Positions 18,806 to 29,416 are shown, counted from the first letter of the stretch. The stretch is 64,000 nt of DNA from Candidatus Poribacteria bacterium (GCA_965215265.1 OZ244048.1:2464001-2528000); one strand, 5' to 3'. A program made the numbers and translations. The notes: generated by a model from the letters alone, not told the origin.

Positions 18806-21800
18806 ATGAGAAAATCTAAAAGCATCATCTGGCGCGGTTTTATCTGCATATTCATGCTCCTCGTGGCTTATCAAAACGGTGAGGCACAACAGCCGCTCGC
18901 ACAAAAAGTTTACGCTATCTTTGAACAACACTGCCTGAATTGCCATGGTGAATTCGGGGCTTTCGCCGATGAACTGACAATGCAGCATGCCGAGCTCATC
19001 GCGTCTCAAAACGTCATCCCACGAGACACCGATGCCTCCTTGCTCTATCAACGCTTAATAACAGAGAATCCTGCGGAACGGATGCCGTTAAACCTACCCC
19101 GGCTGTCCGATGACGATATTTTTCTCATCCAATTGTGGATTGCCGAAGGTGCCCCAGATTGGCAAACCACCGCCACACACGGCGACTTCATCACAACCGA
19201 GGAGATGCTCAATACCATTACCATTGAGAAGGATGTGAACTCGCTCGCCCCTTTTGACCGGGGATTTGCACGCTATTTCACGCTCACACACCTCTATAAC
19301 GCAGGCGAGAGTGCGGAGGCACTACACGCCTATCAACGCGCCCTCTCCAAACTCGTCAATAGCCTCTCCTGGGGGCGCGAGGTTATCAACCCACAATCGA
19401 TTGACGCGGAAGCCACGATTTTCTACATAGACCTTCGCGACTACGAATGGGAGATAGGCAGTAACCGATGGACACAGATTGAAAGCGCCTATCCGTATAA
19501 AAATAACTATGCAGCACCCACACAGACACATCTGCAGGAAACCTTGGCGCGCCTGCGTGAAGCGATGCAATGCGAAGTGCCGTTTATCCATGTGGATTGG
19601 TTTCTGGCAAACGCCTCCTTGCCCCCGCTTTATCATGATATTTTGGATTTGCCGCAGACAGACCGCGAGTTGGAAACCCGTCTTGAGGTGAACGTTGTTG
19701 AAAACCTGCGGAATGCGGCGGGGCGGCGCGTGTGGCGTGCGGGTTTCAACGACTCCGGTGTCTCCAATCACAACCGTGTTGTTGAAAGACATCTCTCGCG
19801 ATATGGGGCGTATTGGAAAAGCTACGACTTCGCAGGGAGTGCGGGCACGCAGAATATCTTCACGCATCCCCTCTCTTTCAGACACGACGGCGGGGAGATT
19901 ATCTTTAACCTGCCGAACGGCTTGCAGGGGTACTATCTGGTGGATGCGGGTGGGAATCGCCTGGATGAAGCGCCGATAAGCATCGTCTCAAATCCTGCGG
20001 CGAGCGATCCGACGGTGCGGAACGGGCTGTCCTGCATAGGTTGCCATACAAAAGGGATGAAGTCGCTTGAAGATGAGGTGCGTGCGGTTGTAGTGGAGAA
20101 TGCGAACCCGCCCTTCAATAGAGCGCAGGCGTTACGTCTCTATACAGAGAAAGGTGTGATGGATGAGTTGGTTGCTGAGGATACCGCGCGTTATAGGGCG
20201 GCACTTAAAGACACCGGTGGTGTATTCGGTGGTATTGAGCCGATTCAGCGATTCCACGAGGCGTTCCAAACGCCGCTGGATGCGGCGCAAGCTGCCGCCG
20301 CGGTTGGGTTAGCCTCCGCGGACTTCCTTGCAAAGATTCGTGCGAACGCGAGTTTGCAAAACTTATTGGGTTCGCTGTTGGGCGAAAATGGCACTGTGAA
20401 ACGGGACACTTGGACGGTGCACTTTAGTGAAGTGATGTTTGCGCTGGATTTCCCTGCGGAGAGCGTAGCGGTGCCTGTTGCGACTCAGACAGAACGTCTC
20501 CCTGGGGCGACTGTTCACATCCCTGACGCAAACCTGCGTGCCGTGATTGAAGAAGCAATTGGCAAAGCCCCTGGCACCCTGATTACCGCCTCGGAAATGG
20601 GAACGCTTACACGTCTTTCTGCAAGTGGAATGGAGATTCAAGATTTGGAAGGGCTTCAGTTCGCAGCAAATCTGGAAGAACTAAGACTTCGCGGCAATCC
20701 GCTGTCCGATTTATCCCCTTTAGCAGAGTTACTGACACTAAAAGAGGTAGAAATTTCTGGTGAATCCTTATCAGATCTGTCGCCTCTTGCCGGGCTAATT
20801 AACCTTGAGGGAGTAGGATTTTGGAAAACTTCCATCTCAGATCTCTCGCCCCTTGCAGGATTAACAAAACTAATATGGTTGGAATTTAAGAACAGTCCGA
20901 TATCTGACTTATCGCCACTGGCAGGACTCACGAATTTAAAAAGACTGACAACTTACGCCTCTAGGGAACCTGATCTTTCGCCTTTAAAAGGGTTAACCCG
21001 TTTGGTAGATTTAACAGTTGCTAGCAGTGGAGTAGTCGACATCTCATCACTGATAGGATTGATTAATTTAGAACAGCTTACAATAACGGGCAACAATATA
21101 TCTGACATCTCGTCTCTAGCATCTTTGAAACATCTTAAATCGCTAAATCTGTCCGGTAACAAGCTATCGGACATATCGCCCCTCGCAACTTTGCACAACT
21201 TGGAAGAACTACAACTTCAGCGTAATAGTATATTAGACATATCGCCTTTGCATCGGTTACATGAGAACACAAAAACCTCTTGGTTCAGCAATCCAGGTTT
21301 CCCTCAGGGTGGGGCCAAAATAGAAGGCCCATGGTTATGGGTATTGGTGCCGGGAGCCGGTTTTTGGGATGGAGTGGATTTGCTTTCACAAGCAAGTGAT
21401 GATGCTGTAACAGAATTGAGGATTGCAACAAGCGGTGCAATAGAGGGAAACTCTGTCGGAGAAAATGTGTGGACATCACACAAAATTGCACCTGCAAGGG
21501 GGGATAATATCCGCACAATGCTGAATGCTATTGGTATGGAAGGGGAAAATTATAGAGATAATGTCGTTTATGGTTCCATCACCTTATATTCACCACGTGA
21601 ACAACAAACACAAGTATTTGCCGGAAGCGATCTCGACCATAAGGTTTGGCTCAATCGGGAGTTAGTTAACGAAAACCTTAGTCGGATCTGGGCTCGCGAT
21701 TATCAAGATTTTTCTCCTGTTACATTAAAAGAAGGTACAAATGTCTTATTGGTTGCGATTTATCACATCGGCGGAGAGTTTAGTGGATTTTTTGGGTTCG

Positions 21801-22207
21801 CCCCTGGTACAGAGTATACAACGATATCCCCTGGCAGCGGCTTTGCGTTTTCAACAGATGCGACAAGCGTTCGCGTTGGTGATACCTTCACTGTTCACAT
21901 CAGTGCAGAAAAGGTTACCGATTTAGCCGGGTGGCAATTTGAGGTAGCATTTTCCCCTGAGATACTTGAAGCGGTTGAAGTCAGCGAGGGGGATTTGCTG
22001 AAGAAAGGTGGTGGGACGACCTTCTTCCAGCGAGGCACGATTGACAATACAACAGGTAAAATTGCGGGGCTCAGCACTGCGTTGCTTTCCGAAAAAGGTG
22101 TCAGCGGCACCGGGAGACTGCTGTCAGTGGTATTCTCCGCGAAGGGGGCGGCGACAGTGAACTCACACTGTCTAACTTCCAACTTGGTGATAGCACCGGT
22201 GAGGTGA
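18806..22207 (+). CDS. Secreted c-type cytochrome/LRR/cohesin multidomain protein, N-terminal part (frameshift near 22144-22148)
   Basis: Signal peptide, CLNCH and CIGCH haem motifs, 22-aa internalin-type LRRs, cohesin-like domain (DLAGWQF...GTIDN); RBS AAGGAG. Confidence 0.85.
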   Translation: MRKSKSIIWRGFICIFMLLVAYQNGEAQQPLAQKVYAIFEQHCLNCHGEFGAFADELTMQHAELIASQNVIPRDTDASLLYQRLITENPAERMPLNLPRLSDDDIFLIQLWIAEGAPDWQTTATHGDFITTEEMLNTITIEKDVNSLAPFDRGFARYFTLTHLYNAGESAEALHAYQRALSKLVNSLSWGREVINPQSIDAEATIFYIDLRDYEWEIGSNRWTQIESAYPYKNNYAAPTQTHLQETLARLREAMQCEVPFIHVDWFLANASLPPLYHDILDLPQTDRELETRLEVNVVENLRNAAGRRVWRAGFNDSGVSNHNRVVERHLSRYGAYWKSYDFAGSAGTQNIFTHPLSFRHDGGEIIFNLPNGLQGYYLVDAGGNRLDEAPISIVSNPAASDPTVRNGLSCIGCHTKGMKSLEDEVRAVVVENANPPFNRAQALRLYTEKGVMDELVAEDTARYRAALKDTGGVFGGIEPIQRFHEAFQTPLDAAQAAAAVGLASADFLAKIRANASLQNLLGSLLGENGTVKRDTWTVHFSEVMFALDFPAESVAVPVATQTERLPGATVHIPDANLRAVIEEAIGKAPGTLITASEMGTLTRLSASGMEIQDLEGLQFAANLEELRLRGNPLSDLSPLAELLTLKEVEISGESLSDLSPLAGLINLEGVGFWKTSISDLSPLAGLTKLIWLEFKNSPISDLSPLAGLTNLKRLTTYASREPDLSPLKGLTRLVDLTVASSGVVDISSLIGLINLEQLTITGNNISDISSLASLKHLKSLNLSGNKLSDISPLATLHNLEELQLQRNSILDISPLHRLHENTKTSWFSNPGFPQGGAKIEGPWLWVLVPGAGFWDGVDLLSQASDDAVTELRIATSGAIEGNSVGENVWTSHKIAPARGDNIRTMLNAIGMEGENYRDNVVYGSITLYSPREQQTQVFAGSDLDHKVWLNRELVNENLSRIWARDYQDFSPVTLKEGTNVLLVAIYHIGGEFSGFFGFAPGTEYTTISPGSGFAFSTDATSVRVGDTFTVHISAEKVTDLAGWQFEVAFSPEILEAVEVSEGDLLKKGGGTTFFQRGTIDNTTGKIAGLSTALLSEKGVSGTGRLLSVVFSAKGAATVNSHCLTSNLVIAPVR

Positions 22208-22875
22208 TTGCAGCCGGTGTGCCAAATCTTACCATTACTGTAGAGTCTAAACCGACCTGGGATGTGAATGCCGATGGGCAGGTGAGCGTTCTGGACATGA
22301 TTCAGGTGGCGCGCTACTTAGGCGAGGATGCGGCTGCCAACCCGCAAGCGGATGTGAATCGCGATGGGAAGATTAACGTCCAAGATCTCATCCTTGTGGC
22401 ACAACACATGGGCGAATCCACCACTGCCGCCGCGCCTTTTGCTGGGGTGAGAGACAGGGTGGAACTAACTCCAGAGATAGTTCGGGCATGGATAACACAA
22501 GCACAGGCAGAAAATGATGGCTCACTCGCTTTCCAACAAGGGATTGCGAATCTCCAAAGTCTTTTCGCCTCGCTGCTGCCTGAAGAAACGGTGCTGCTGG
22601 CGAATTATCCGAACCCGTTCAACCCAGAGACGTGGATACCGTATCAGTTGTCGGACGCTGCGGATGTAAGTTTGACTGTCTATTCTGCGCGGGGGCTGGT
22701 GGTTCGGCAGTTGTCGTTGGGGCATAAGGCGGCGGGTCTGTATGAGAGCCGGAGTCGTGCGGTGTATTGGGACGGTAAAAATGAACAGGGTGAGCCTGTG
22801 GCGAGTGGTGTCTATTTCTACACGCTCACGGCAGGTGATTTCACTGCGACGCGTAAAATGCTGCTAAGGAAGTAG
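22204..22875 (+). CDS. C-terminal part of the same protein: dockerin-like EF-hand pair and FlgD-Ig/CTD-like domain
   Basis: DVNADGQVSVLD, DVNRDGKINVQD, LLANYPNPFNPETWIPYQL, WDGKNEQGEPVASGVYFY; frame is open upstream to the G5 tract. Confidence 0.85.
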   Translation: MIAAGVPNLTITVESKPTWDVNADGQVSVLDMIQVARYLGEDAAANPQADVNRDGKINVQDLILVAQHMGESTTAAAPFAGVRDRVELTPEIVRAWITQAQAENDGSLAFQQGIANLQSLFASLLPEETVLLANYPNPFNPETWIPYQLSDAADVSLTVYSARGLVVRQLSLGHKAAGLYESRSRAVYWDGKNEQGEPVASGVYFYTLTAGDFTATRKMLLRK

Positions 22876-22907
22876 ATTTGTGAATTGGAGAGAAAAGGAC
22901 GGTAAAA

Positions 22908-24503
22908 ATGAACGTGGATCCGATACGCTTAGAGCTTTATAAAAACATGCTCATCTCAGTTGCGGAGGAGATGGGTGTGACGCTGCAGCGCACTGCTTTC
23001 TCACCGAACATTAAAGAGCGCCTTGACTTTTCCTGTGCGGTCTTTGATGGGAATGGGCAGATGGTTGCGCAAGCCGCGCATATCCCTGCGCATCTCGGCT
23101 CCATGCCCCTCTCAGTGCTTGCTGCGATTGAGCATACAGATATGGCACCGGGTGACATGATTGCGCTGAATGATCCGTACCATGGTGGCACCCATCTGCC
23201 GGATATTACACTCGTTTCGCCGGTTTTTACAAATAGTGGCGATTCTCCGGCGTTTTTTGTTGCGAATAGGGCCCACCACGCGGATGTGGGTGGCATGACC
23301 CCGGGCTCGATGCCCCTCGCTACGAGTGTGATTCAGGAAGGCATCCGCATTCCACCAGTTAAGCTCGTCCGTGGCGGGACGCTGGACGGAGATTTATGGG
23401 CACTGATTCTGGCTAACGTTCGCACACCGTCAGAACGCAGCGGCGATATGGAGGCACAACTCGCTGCGAACCGCATCGGTGAGCGGCGTTTGCAGGAAAT
23501 CGTCACGAAATATGGAGCGTCAGAAATTGCTGTGTATCTGCAGGAGCTGTGTGCCTACTCTAGCCGGCTGGTGCGTGCGTTTCTGCAAGATATTCCGGAC
23601 GGACGCTACACCTTCACCGATTTTTTAGATAACGACGGTATAAGTGCAAAGCCGATTGAGATCTGTGTCGCGCTTGAGATTACGGGGGATGAGGCGGTGG
23701 TAGATTTTACAGGGACTGCTGGGCAAGTGCGCGGTTCTGTGAATGCGATTTACGCGATTACGCTCTCGGCTGTCTTTTATACGTTCCGGTGCCTTGCAGG
23801 CGTGGATGTGCCGTCTAATGCGGGCTGTCTGGAGCCGCTCTCGGTCATTGCGCCGGAGGGCACTGTTGTCAATGCGACATTCCCCTCTGCAGTTGCCGGG
23901 GGTAACGTTGAAACTTCACAGCGCATCGTTGATGTGCTACTGGGTGCTTTGGCGAAGGCCTGCCCTGGGTGCATTCCGGCGGCGAGCTGCGGCTCTATGA
24001 ATAATCTGACAGTTGGAGGTTACGACGTTTCGCGCGGGCGAGATTTTACGTATTACGAAACGATTGCGGGCGGCATGGGCGCACGGCCGGGCAGCGATGG
24101 CATTGATGCTATCCACACGCACATGACCAATACGATGAATACCCCTATAGAAGCGATTGAAACGACTTATCCTATGCAGGTTGAACGGTACGGCATCCGG
24201 CGCGGTACAGGCGGGAGCGGTGCGTTTCGAGGCGGGGACGGTGCGGTCCGTTCCTTGCGACTCCTCACAGATGCCGAAGTTACCATTCTTTCAGAACGTC
24301 GAGAGCGAGGACCCTACGGCTTGCAAGGCGGTGAAACTGGAGAGACGGGGCGGAACGTGTTAATCCGGAACGGCAAAGAGATGCCGTTAGGAGGTAAAGC
24401 GAGCGTGAACGCCCTTGCTGGCGATGTCGTTCAGATTGAAACGCCCGGTGGCGGTGGGTATGGGAAATCCCCGCAAGATGTCTCCGAGGAGACAATAGGA
24501 TAG
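22908..24503 (+). CDS. Hydantoinase B/oxoprolinase family protein
   Basis: FSPNIKERLDFSCA, NDPYHGGTHLPD, HHADVGG, GGNVETSQR, TPGGGGYG. Confidence 0.95.
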   Translation: MNVDPIRLELYKNMLISVAEEMGVTLQRTAFSPNIKERLDFSCAVFDGNGQMVAQAAHIPAHLGSMPLSVLAAIEHTDMAPGDMIALNDPYHGGTHLPDITLVSPVFTNSGDSPAFFVANRAHHADVGGMTPGSMPLATSVIQEGIRIPPVKLVRGGTLDGDLWALILANVRTPSERSGDMEAQLAANRIGERRLQEIVTKYGASEIAVYLQELCAYSSRLVRAFLQDIPDGRYTFTDFLDNDGISAKPIEICVALEITGDEAVVDFTGTAGQVRGSVNAIYAITLSAVFYTFRCLAGVDVPSNAGCLEPLSVIAPEGTVVNATFPSAVAGGNVETSQRIVDVLLGALAKACPGCIPAASCGSMNNLTVGGYDVSRGRDFTYYETIAGGMGARPGSDGIDAIHTHMTNTMNTPIEAIETTYPMQVERYGIRRGTGGSGAFRGGDGAVRSLRLLTDAEVTILSERRERGPYGLQGGETGETGRNVLIRNGKEMPLGGKASVNALAGDVVQIETPGGGGYGKSPQDVSEETIG

Positions 24504-24520
24504 TGGATGTGTGAGAAGTT

Positions 24521-25432
24521 TTACGTCCCTATCGCATCAATTCGTGCTTGCGCACACATCGCCATACGGTTCTCGAGTTCATATCCGATAAAAGCCCTGC
24601 CCTCAAGTTTGGCGGCGACACCGGTTGAACCGGAGCCTGCGAAAGCATCAAAAACGAGGGCACGCGGTGCAGAGAAGATACGAATTAGGTGCTGAAGTAA
24701 ATCAACGGGTTTAGTAGTTATGTGTCCGTGGCGTTTCCTCGGTTTTTTTGCTGGAATGACAGTGCCTGGGAATTGATTTGCATCAATCAACGGGTTGTGG
24801 ACATCAATTAACCCGGTTTCCCACTTATCCCAATTATCGACAAAAGTGCCGTCCCGCGGTGCTTGTGCAAGGATTATCATTTCGCCTTGCGGCTTCAATT
24901 GCGGTGTTTTTCGTCCTCCGAGTTTCTGGATAAGCCGTTCCTTTTCAGCGGTGGGCAGTTTCCGTTTTCGGATAAAATGATTTTGGGTGAAAGCTTTGGC
25001 TTGCCCTTCATATCGCCAGAGCAAAACGTCCCGTATTTCAAACCCTGCATCCTCTAATGCGACAGCGGTTCTATGTGCTAGGCGGTTCTGGCTAAAAACG
25101 AGGCAAAAGCCGCCGGGTCGAATGACACGCATCCATTCTTGAGCGATGGGTGTCAGGAACCGTTGCAAATCTCGGCCCTGTTTAGCGGAGAACTTCATTC
25201 CGGCTGGCAAGGAGCTTACAACGCCCTTTTTGACGCGTGCGGTTAGTTTTTGCGTGTCCCAATCTGCATCCATGCCGTTAATGAAATAGGGTGGGTCGGT
25301 TAGTATGAGTGAAACGGTATTGTCCGCAAGTTGTTTCATCCCTGTCCGGCAGTCCACATTTTCTACATGTGCGGTTAAATCCTCAGCGAGTGTGCGGGGG
25401 TGCGGGGTGGATAGTTTCGTGTTATTTTTCAA
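24521..25432 (-). CDS. Orphan site-specific N6/N4 DNA methyltransferase (beta class)
   Basis: TDPPY near the N-terminus; HITTKP and DAFAGSGSTG near the C-terminus. Confidence 0.92.
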   Translation of the reverse strand: MKNNTKLSTPHPRTLAEDLTAHVENVDCRTGMKQLADNTVSLILTDPPYFINGMDADWDTQKLTARVKKGVVSSLPAGMKFSAKQGRDLQRFLTPIAQEWMRVIRPGGFCLVFSQNRLAHRTAVALEDAGFEIRDVLLWRYEGQAKAFTQNHFIRKRKLPTAEKERLIQKLGGRKTPQLKPQGEMIILAQAPRDGTFVDNWDKWETGLIDVHNPLIDANQFPGTVIPAKKPRKRHGHITTKPVDLLQHLIRIFSAPRALVFDAFAGSGSTGVAAKLEGRAFIGYELENRMAMCAQARIDAIGT

Positions 25433-25482
25433 GGTTGGGTATCTCCGTAGTTATCCGTCCGCACGAAGTTTAAACATGAAAA

Positions 25483-25827
25483 CTTGAGTTGAGAATAAGC
25501 CGGATTCTGTATACGATGATCATTCATCTGGGATTAATGTTACCATTAACCTCAAGCGGTTACCGGGGGACGAGGCGGGCACACCCTTAACTATCCCCAC
25601 TTTACCTTGCTCCGGATGGGGTTTACCGAGCTCCATAAGTCACCTTATGGACTGGTGCGCTTTTACCGCACCGTTTCACCTGTACACCGCGTGCGATGTA
25701 GTCTACTTTCTGTTGCACTTTCCATAGCGTTGCCGCTCCTGGGTGTTACCCAGCATCCTGCCCGTTGGAGTCCGGACTTTCCTCATCCCAAGAAAGGGTT
25801 GGGACGCGACCATCTACTCAACTCAAG
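25483..25827 (-). ncRNA. rnpB: RNase P RNA (class A)
   Basis: GAGGAAAGTCCGGACTCC near the 5' end, ACAGAATCCGGCTTA near the 3' end, complementary termini CTTGAGTTGAG/CTCAACTCAAG. Confidence 0.97.
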
Positions 25828-25837
25828 CTGCCTTATA

Positions 25838-25866
25838 GGATACCACAAGGGCGGTATTAATTGCAA
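25838..25866 (-). promoter_or_regulatory. Sigma70-type promoter of rnpB
   Basis: TTGCAA-17 nt-TATCCT just upstream of the RNA 5' end. Confidence 0.65.
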
Positions 25867-25908
25867 GGGGCGAGTGTGATAAAGAGATAACGCGAATAGG
25901 ACGGTGGA

Positions 25909-28900
25909 TTATGAACATCCGCTGGTCGCCCCGCAATTGGTGCAACGGTAGCAGACACCGCTCCGCATCATTAAGGCACCGCACTCGAGGCACGGTGGCG
26001 CATCGGCGTGCTGCAGTGCCACCTGCTTTTCACGGGCTAACCACGAATCTGTATCCCCATTACTGCCGTGGCCGAGTGGGTGCAATTGTTCTGGGGGTAC
26101 CATCTGGTTATCAAATTGCGAAATGTCCTCGGGTTCTTGCACTGCTTCAGGTAGAAATTTTTTCCCTAACCATCGGTAGACGTAATCCATAATTGATTTC
26201 GCCATGGGGATTTCGGGGTTGTTAGTGAAGCCGGAGGGTTCAAACCGTACGTGGCTAAATTTATTGACGAGCGACTCCAAAGGGACACCGTACTGTAAAG
26301 CGACTGAGGTGAGGATGGCTACCGAGTCCATCAGTCCGGAGATAACGGACCCTTCCTTGTTCATACGGAGGAAGACTTCGCCGGGCGTTCCATCTTCGTA
26401 TAGTCCGACGTGAATGTATCCCTCGTGGCCGCCGATGCTGAACTTGTGAGCGATGGCGGTGCGTTCGTCGGGCAACCGTTTCCTGACCGGTCGTTCTATG
26501 GGTACCTCGACGACATCACTCTCAACGAGTTCGGCGGTGTCGTTGGTGGAGATATCCTGCTGACTGCGTGTTGAGAGAGGTTGGCTGCCTTTGCTGCCGT
26601 CCCGGTAAACGGCGAGGCACTTGATGCCGCGCTTCCACGCTTCAACGTATAGCATCTTAATATCGTCTACGGTTGCATCATTGGGGATGTTGACGGTTTT
26701 AGAGATTGCGCCGGATATAAACGGCTGCACGGCTGCCATCAATTCAACAGGTGCCATGTGGTTGATGTAGCGTGTGCCGTGCTTCCCGCATTGCACTGCA
26801 CAATCAAAGACCGGATAGTGCGAAGTTGCTAGATGCGGTGCGCCCTCGACGGTTCCAGTACCACAGATAATCTCCTCAGCGGATTCAATCTCGCTTGTGC
26901 TGTATCCAATTTCTAAGAGTAGGTTAAAATTAGGCGCTGATGCCTCTTCCATGGTGATTCCTAACCGTTCGAGGCATTCTTCGCCGAGGAATCCGGGGGC
27001 AAAGGCGTGGTTAAGTTCAAACACGCTCGCCAACATCGGTTCTACGCGTGCTAGGTCTTCGTTCGTGAAACCTTTACGTTTAAGGGATTCTGAGTTGATG
27101 TACGGTGTGCCTTTCAAGGTGCCGGTGCCGACGATATGCGTGATAATAGCTTCTATCTGTTGCAGTGAGTACCCCAATTTTTCGAGTGCCTTGCGCACGC
27201 TCTGGTTGACAATTTTCATGTACCCGCCGCCTGCAAGTTTTTTAAATTTGACGAGAGCGAATTCTGGTTCGATGCCGGTTGTATCGCAATCCATCAGCAG
27301 TGCAATTGTCCCTGTTGGTGCGAGAACGCTAATCTGTGCATTCCGGTATCCGTACTGTTTCCCTTTCTCAAGGCAGCGAGCCCAATCAGTATGTGCGGCT
27401 TCAAGCAGCGCCGGAGGGCAGACATCCGCATCAATTTGGTATGCAGCATCGCGGTGCATGCGGATAACGTCTAACATGGAATCGCGGTTTTGCCCATACC
27501 CCGAAAAAGCGCCGATGCTTTTTGCGATTTCTGCGCTCGTTAGGTAGCCGTGCCCACTCATGATGGCAGTGATTGCACCGGCGTAAGCACACGCTTCAGC
27601 ACTAGAGTATGGTATGCCTAAACGCATCAAGAACGCGCCGAGGTTCGCATACCCAAGCCCAAGCGGACGGTAATCGTGAGAGCGTTTTGTGATTTTGGCT
27701 GTCGGATAGGAGGAGATATCTACGATGATTTCCATGGCTGTGATAAAGACGCGCACTGCAGCACGGAATCCTGCGATGTCAAATTCGTCATCGTCATTGA
27801 GGAACTTGACGAGATTGATGCTGGCGAGGTTGCAGGCGGAATCATCGAGGAATAGGTATTCGCTACACGGATTACTGGCGTTGATGCGGTCGGTGTTCTT
27901 ACAAGTATGCCATTTCTGAATTGTATCGTCGAACTGTACGCCTGGGTCGGCGCAATCCCAGGCGGCTTGCGCGATTTTATCCATCAATGTTCTGGCATCG
28001 TATTCTGCGGCAACTTCGCCGCTGGTTCGGTATGTTGTTTTCCAAGCATCGCCTTGGAGGTAGGCGTTCATAAAGATGTCGGGGATTCGGACGGAGTTAT
28101 TGCTGTTTTGCCCGCTGATGGTACTGTATGCCTCACCGTTGAAATCGGCTGGGTATCCGGCGGCGATGAGTGCTTTTGCTTTCTGTTCTTCCCGCTTTTT
28201 CCAATTGATGTATTCCACGATTTCGGGGTGATCCATGTCGAGGATGACCATTTTTGCAGCGCGTCGCGTGGTCCCACCGGATTTGATGCTGCCGGCCCAC
28301 CGGTCAAATCCTTCAAGGAAGGATAGCACCCCAGAGCTTTCGCCGCCACTGGAGAGGTGTTCGCCTTTTGCACGGACCTTGCTAAAATTAGAACCGGTCC
28401 CGCTCCCGTATTTAAAAAGCCGCACCTCTGATTTTTGGAGCTCAAGCATAGAATCCAAAGAATCGTCGACGCTCTGAATGAAACAGGCTGAGTTCTGCGG
28501 ATATTGATATGAGTTTGTAGAGAGTGAAACGTTTTGTGTGGTTCGGTTCCAGTGATAATTGCCACCGCCGCCTTCAATACCGTATTCGTGCCATAGTCCA
28601 CAGTTAAACCAGACCGGCGAGTTGAAGGCACCGCGCTGTGTGGCGAGGAGATGCGTCAGTTCCATCTCGAACGTCTCGGCATCTTCCGGTGACGCGAAAT
28701 AGCCGCCGAATTCTTCACCGGTGCGTCGAAGCGTGCGTGCGACACGCGTAACTAATTGCTGAACGCTGTTCTCTGACCCAACATCTGGGACACCGGCTTT
28801 GCGAAAATATTTAGAGGCAGCAATATCCGTCGCGAGTTGCGACCACGGAAGTGGTACCTCTACCTCGGACTGTTCGAAGATTACATCCCCTTTTTCGTTA

Positions 28901-29061
28901 TAGATGGCAGAATCCCGCGTATCCCATTCAATCTGTTCATAAGGGTGATTCTCCGGGGTAGTAAAGTAGCGGGTAAACTTCAAACCCGCCGCATCGCCTT
29001 CCTTGGTATTCTTCGGCGGCGGCGTTTCCTCATCAATACTTGAGTTATCACCATGTTTCAT
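25909..29061 (-). CDS. nrdJ: Class II (B12-dependent) ribonucleotide reductase
   Basis: FNSPVWFN, SACFI, NPCSEY, CNLASIN, APTGTI, ISKTVN, TSCPD-like domain and C-terminal Cys cluster. Confidence 0.96.
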   Translation of the reverse strand: MKHGDNSSIDEETPPPKNTKEGDAAGLKFTRYFTTPENHPYEQIEWDTRDSAIYNEKGDVIFEQSEVEVPLPWSQLATDIAASKYFRKAGVPDVGSENSVQQLVTRVARTLRRTGEEFGGYFASPEDAETFEMELTHLLATQRGAFNSPVWFNCGLWHEYGIEGGGGNYHWNRTTQNVSLSTNSYQYPQNSACFIQSVDDSLDSMLELQKSEVRLFKYGSGTGSNFSKVRAKGEHLSSGGESSGVLSFLEGFDRWAGSIKSGGTTRRAAKMVILDMDHPEIVEYINWKKREEQKAKALIAAGYPADFNGEAYSTISGQNSNNSVRIPDIFMNAYLQGDAWKTTYRTSGEVAAEYDARTLMDKIAQAAWDCADPGVQFDDTIQKWHTCKNTDRINASNPCSEYLFLDDSACNLASINLVKFLNDDDEFDIAGFRAAVRVFITAMEIIVDISSYPTAKITKRSHDYRPLGLGYANLGAFLMRLGIPYSSAEACAYAGAITAIMSGHGYLTSAEIAKSIGAFSGYGQNRDSMLDVIRMHRDAAYQIDADVCPPALLEAAHTDWARCLEKGKQYGYRNAQISVLAPTGTIALLMDCDTTGIEPEFALVKFKKLAGGGYMKIVNQSVRKALEKLGYSLQQIEAIITHIVGTGTLKGTPYINSESLKRKGFTNEDLARVEPMLASVFELNHAFAPGFLGEECLERLGITMEEASAPNFNLLLEIGYSTSEIESAEEIICGTGTVEGAPHLATSHYPVFDCAVQCGKHGTRYINHMAPVELMAAVQPFISGAISKTVNIPNDATVDDIKMLYVEAWKRGIKCLAVYRDGSKGSQPLSTRSQQDISTNDTAELVESDVVEVPIERPVRKRLPDERTAIAHKFSIGGHEGYIHVGLYEDGTPGEVFLRMNKEGSVISGLMDSVAILTSVALQYGVPLESLVNKFSHVRFEPSGFTNNPEIPMAKSIMDYVYRWLGKKFLPEAVQEPEDISQFDNQMVPPEQLHPLGHGSNGDTDSWLAREKQVALQHADAPPCLECGALMMRSGVCYRCTNCGATSGCS

Positions 29062-29167
29062 AATCCCCTCCTTACAAAAACAGTTAGTAAACGTGCTTTA
29101 TATGATGTTAAATTACATAACCACTGCCTTTTCGATTTCCGCGCCTATAGAGAGGCCAATTTGCATT

Positions 29168-29416
29168 ACGTATGAAAAGGGAGAAATAAAAAGTCATATT
29201 ATTATAACAGAAAACACGTAATTTTTCAAACAAATTTTCAACAATTTAACTTTTCAACGTTGCACGTATGAAAAGGGAGAAATAAAAAGTCATATTATTA
29301 TAACAGAAAACACGTAATTTTTCAAACAAATTTTCAACAATTTAACTTTTCAACGTTGTACGAAAGGGAGAAATAAATAATCCTATACGTATTGTAAAAG
29401 AAAATACGTAATTTTT
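29168..29416. repeat. 96-bp tandem duplication plus a diverged third partial unit
   Basis: Units start at 29168 and 29264; the third (29363-29416) matches 36451-36504. Confidence 0.95.
29201..29325 (-). promoter_or_regulatory. Two identical sigma70 promoters upstream of nrdJ
   Basis: TTGAAA-17 nt-TATAAT with extended TG at 29201-29229 and 29297-29325. Confidence 0.75.

Noticed and set aside
18389-19051. 220-aa minus-strand ORF
   Set aside because: Antisense to the cytochrome gene start and its leader; no recognisable motif.
25909-29170. Intein in NrdJ, cobalamin riboswitch or NrdR box
   Set aside because: No intein terminal or homing-endonuclease motifs; no convincing B12 element or NrdR palindrome seen upstream.
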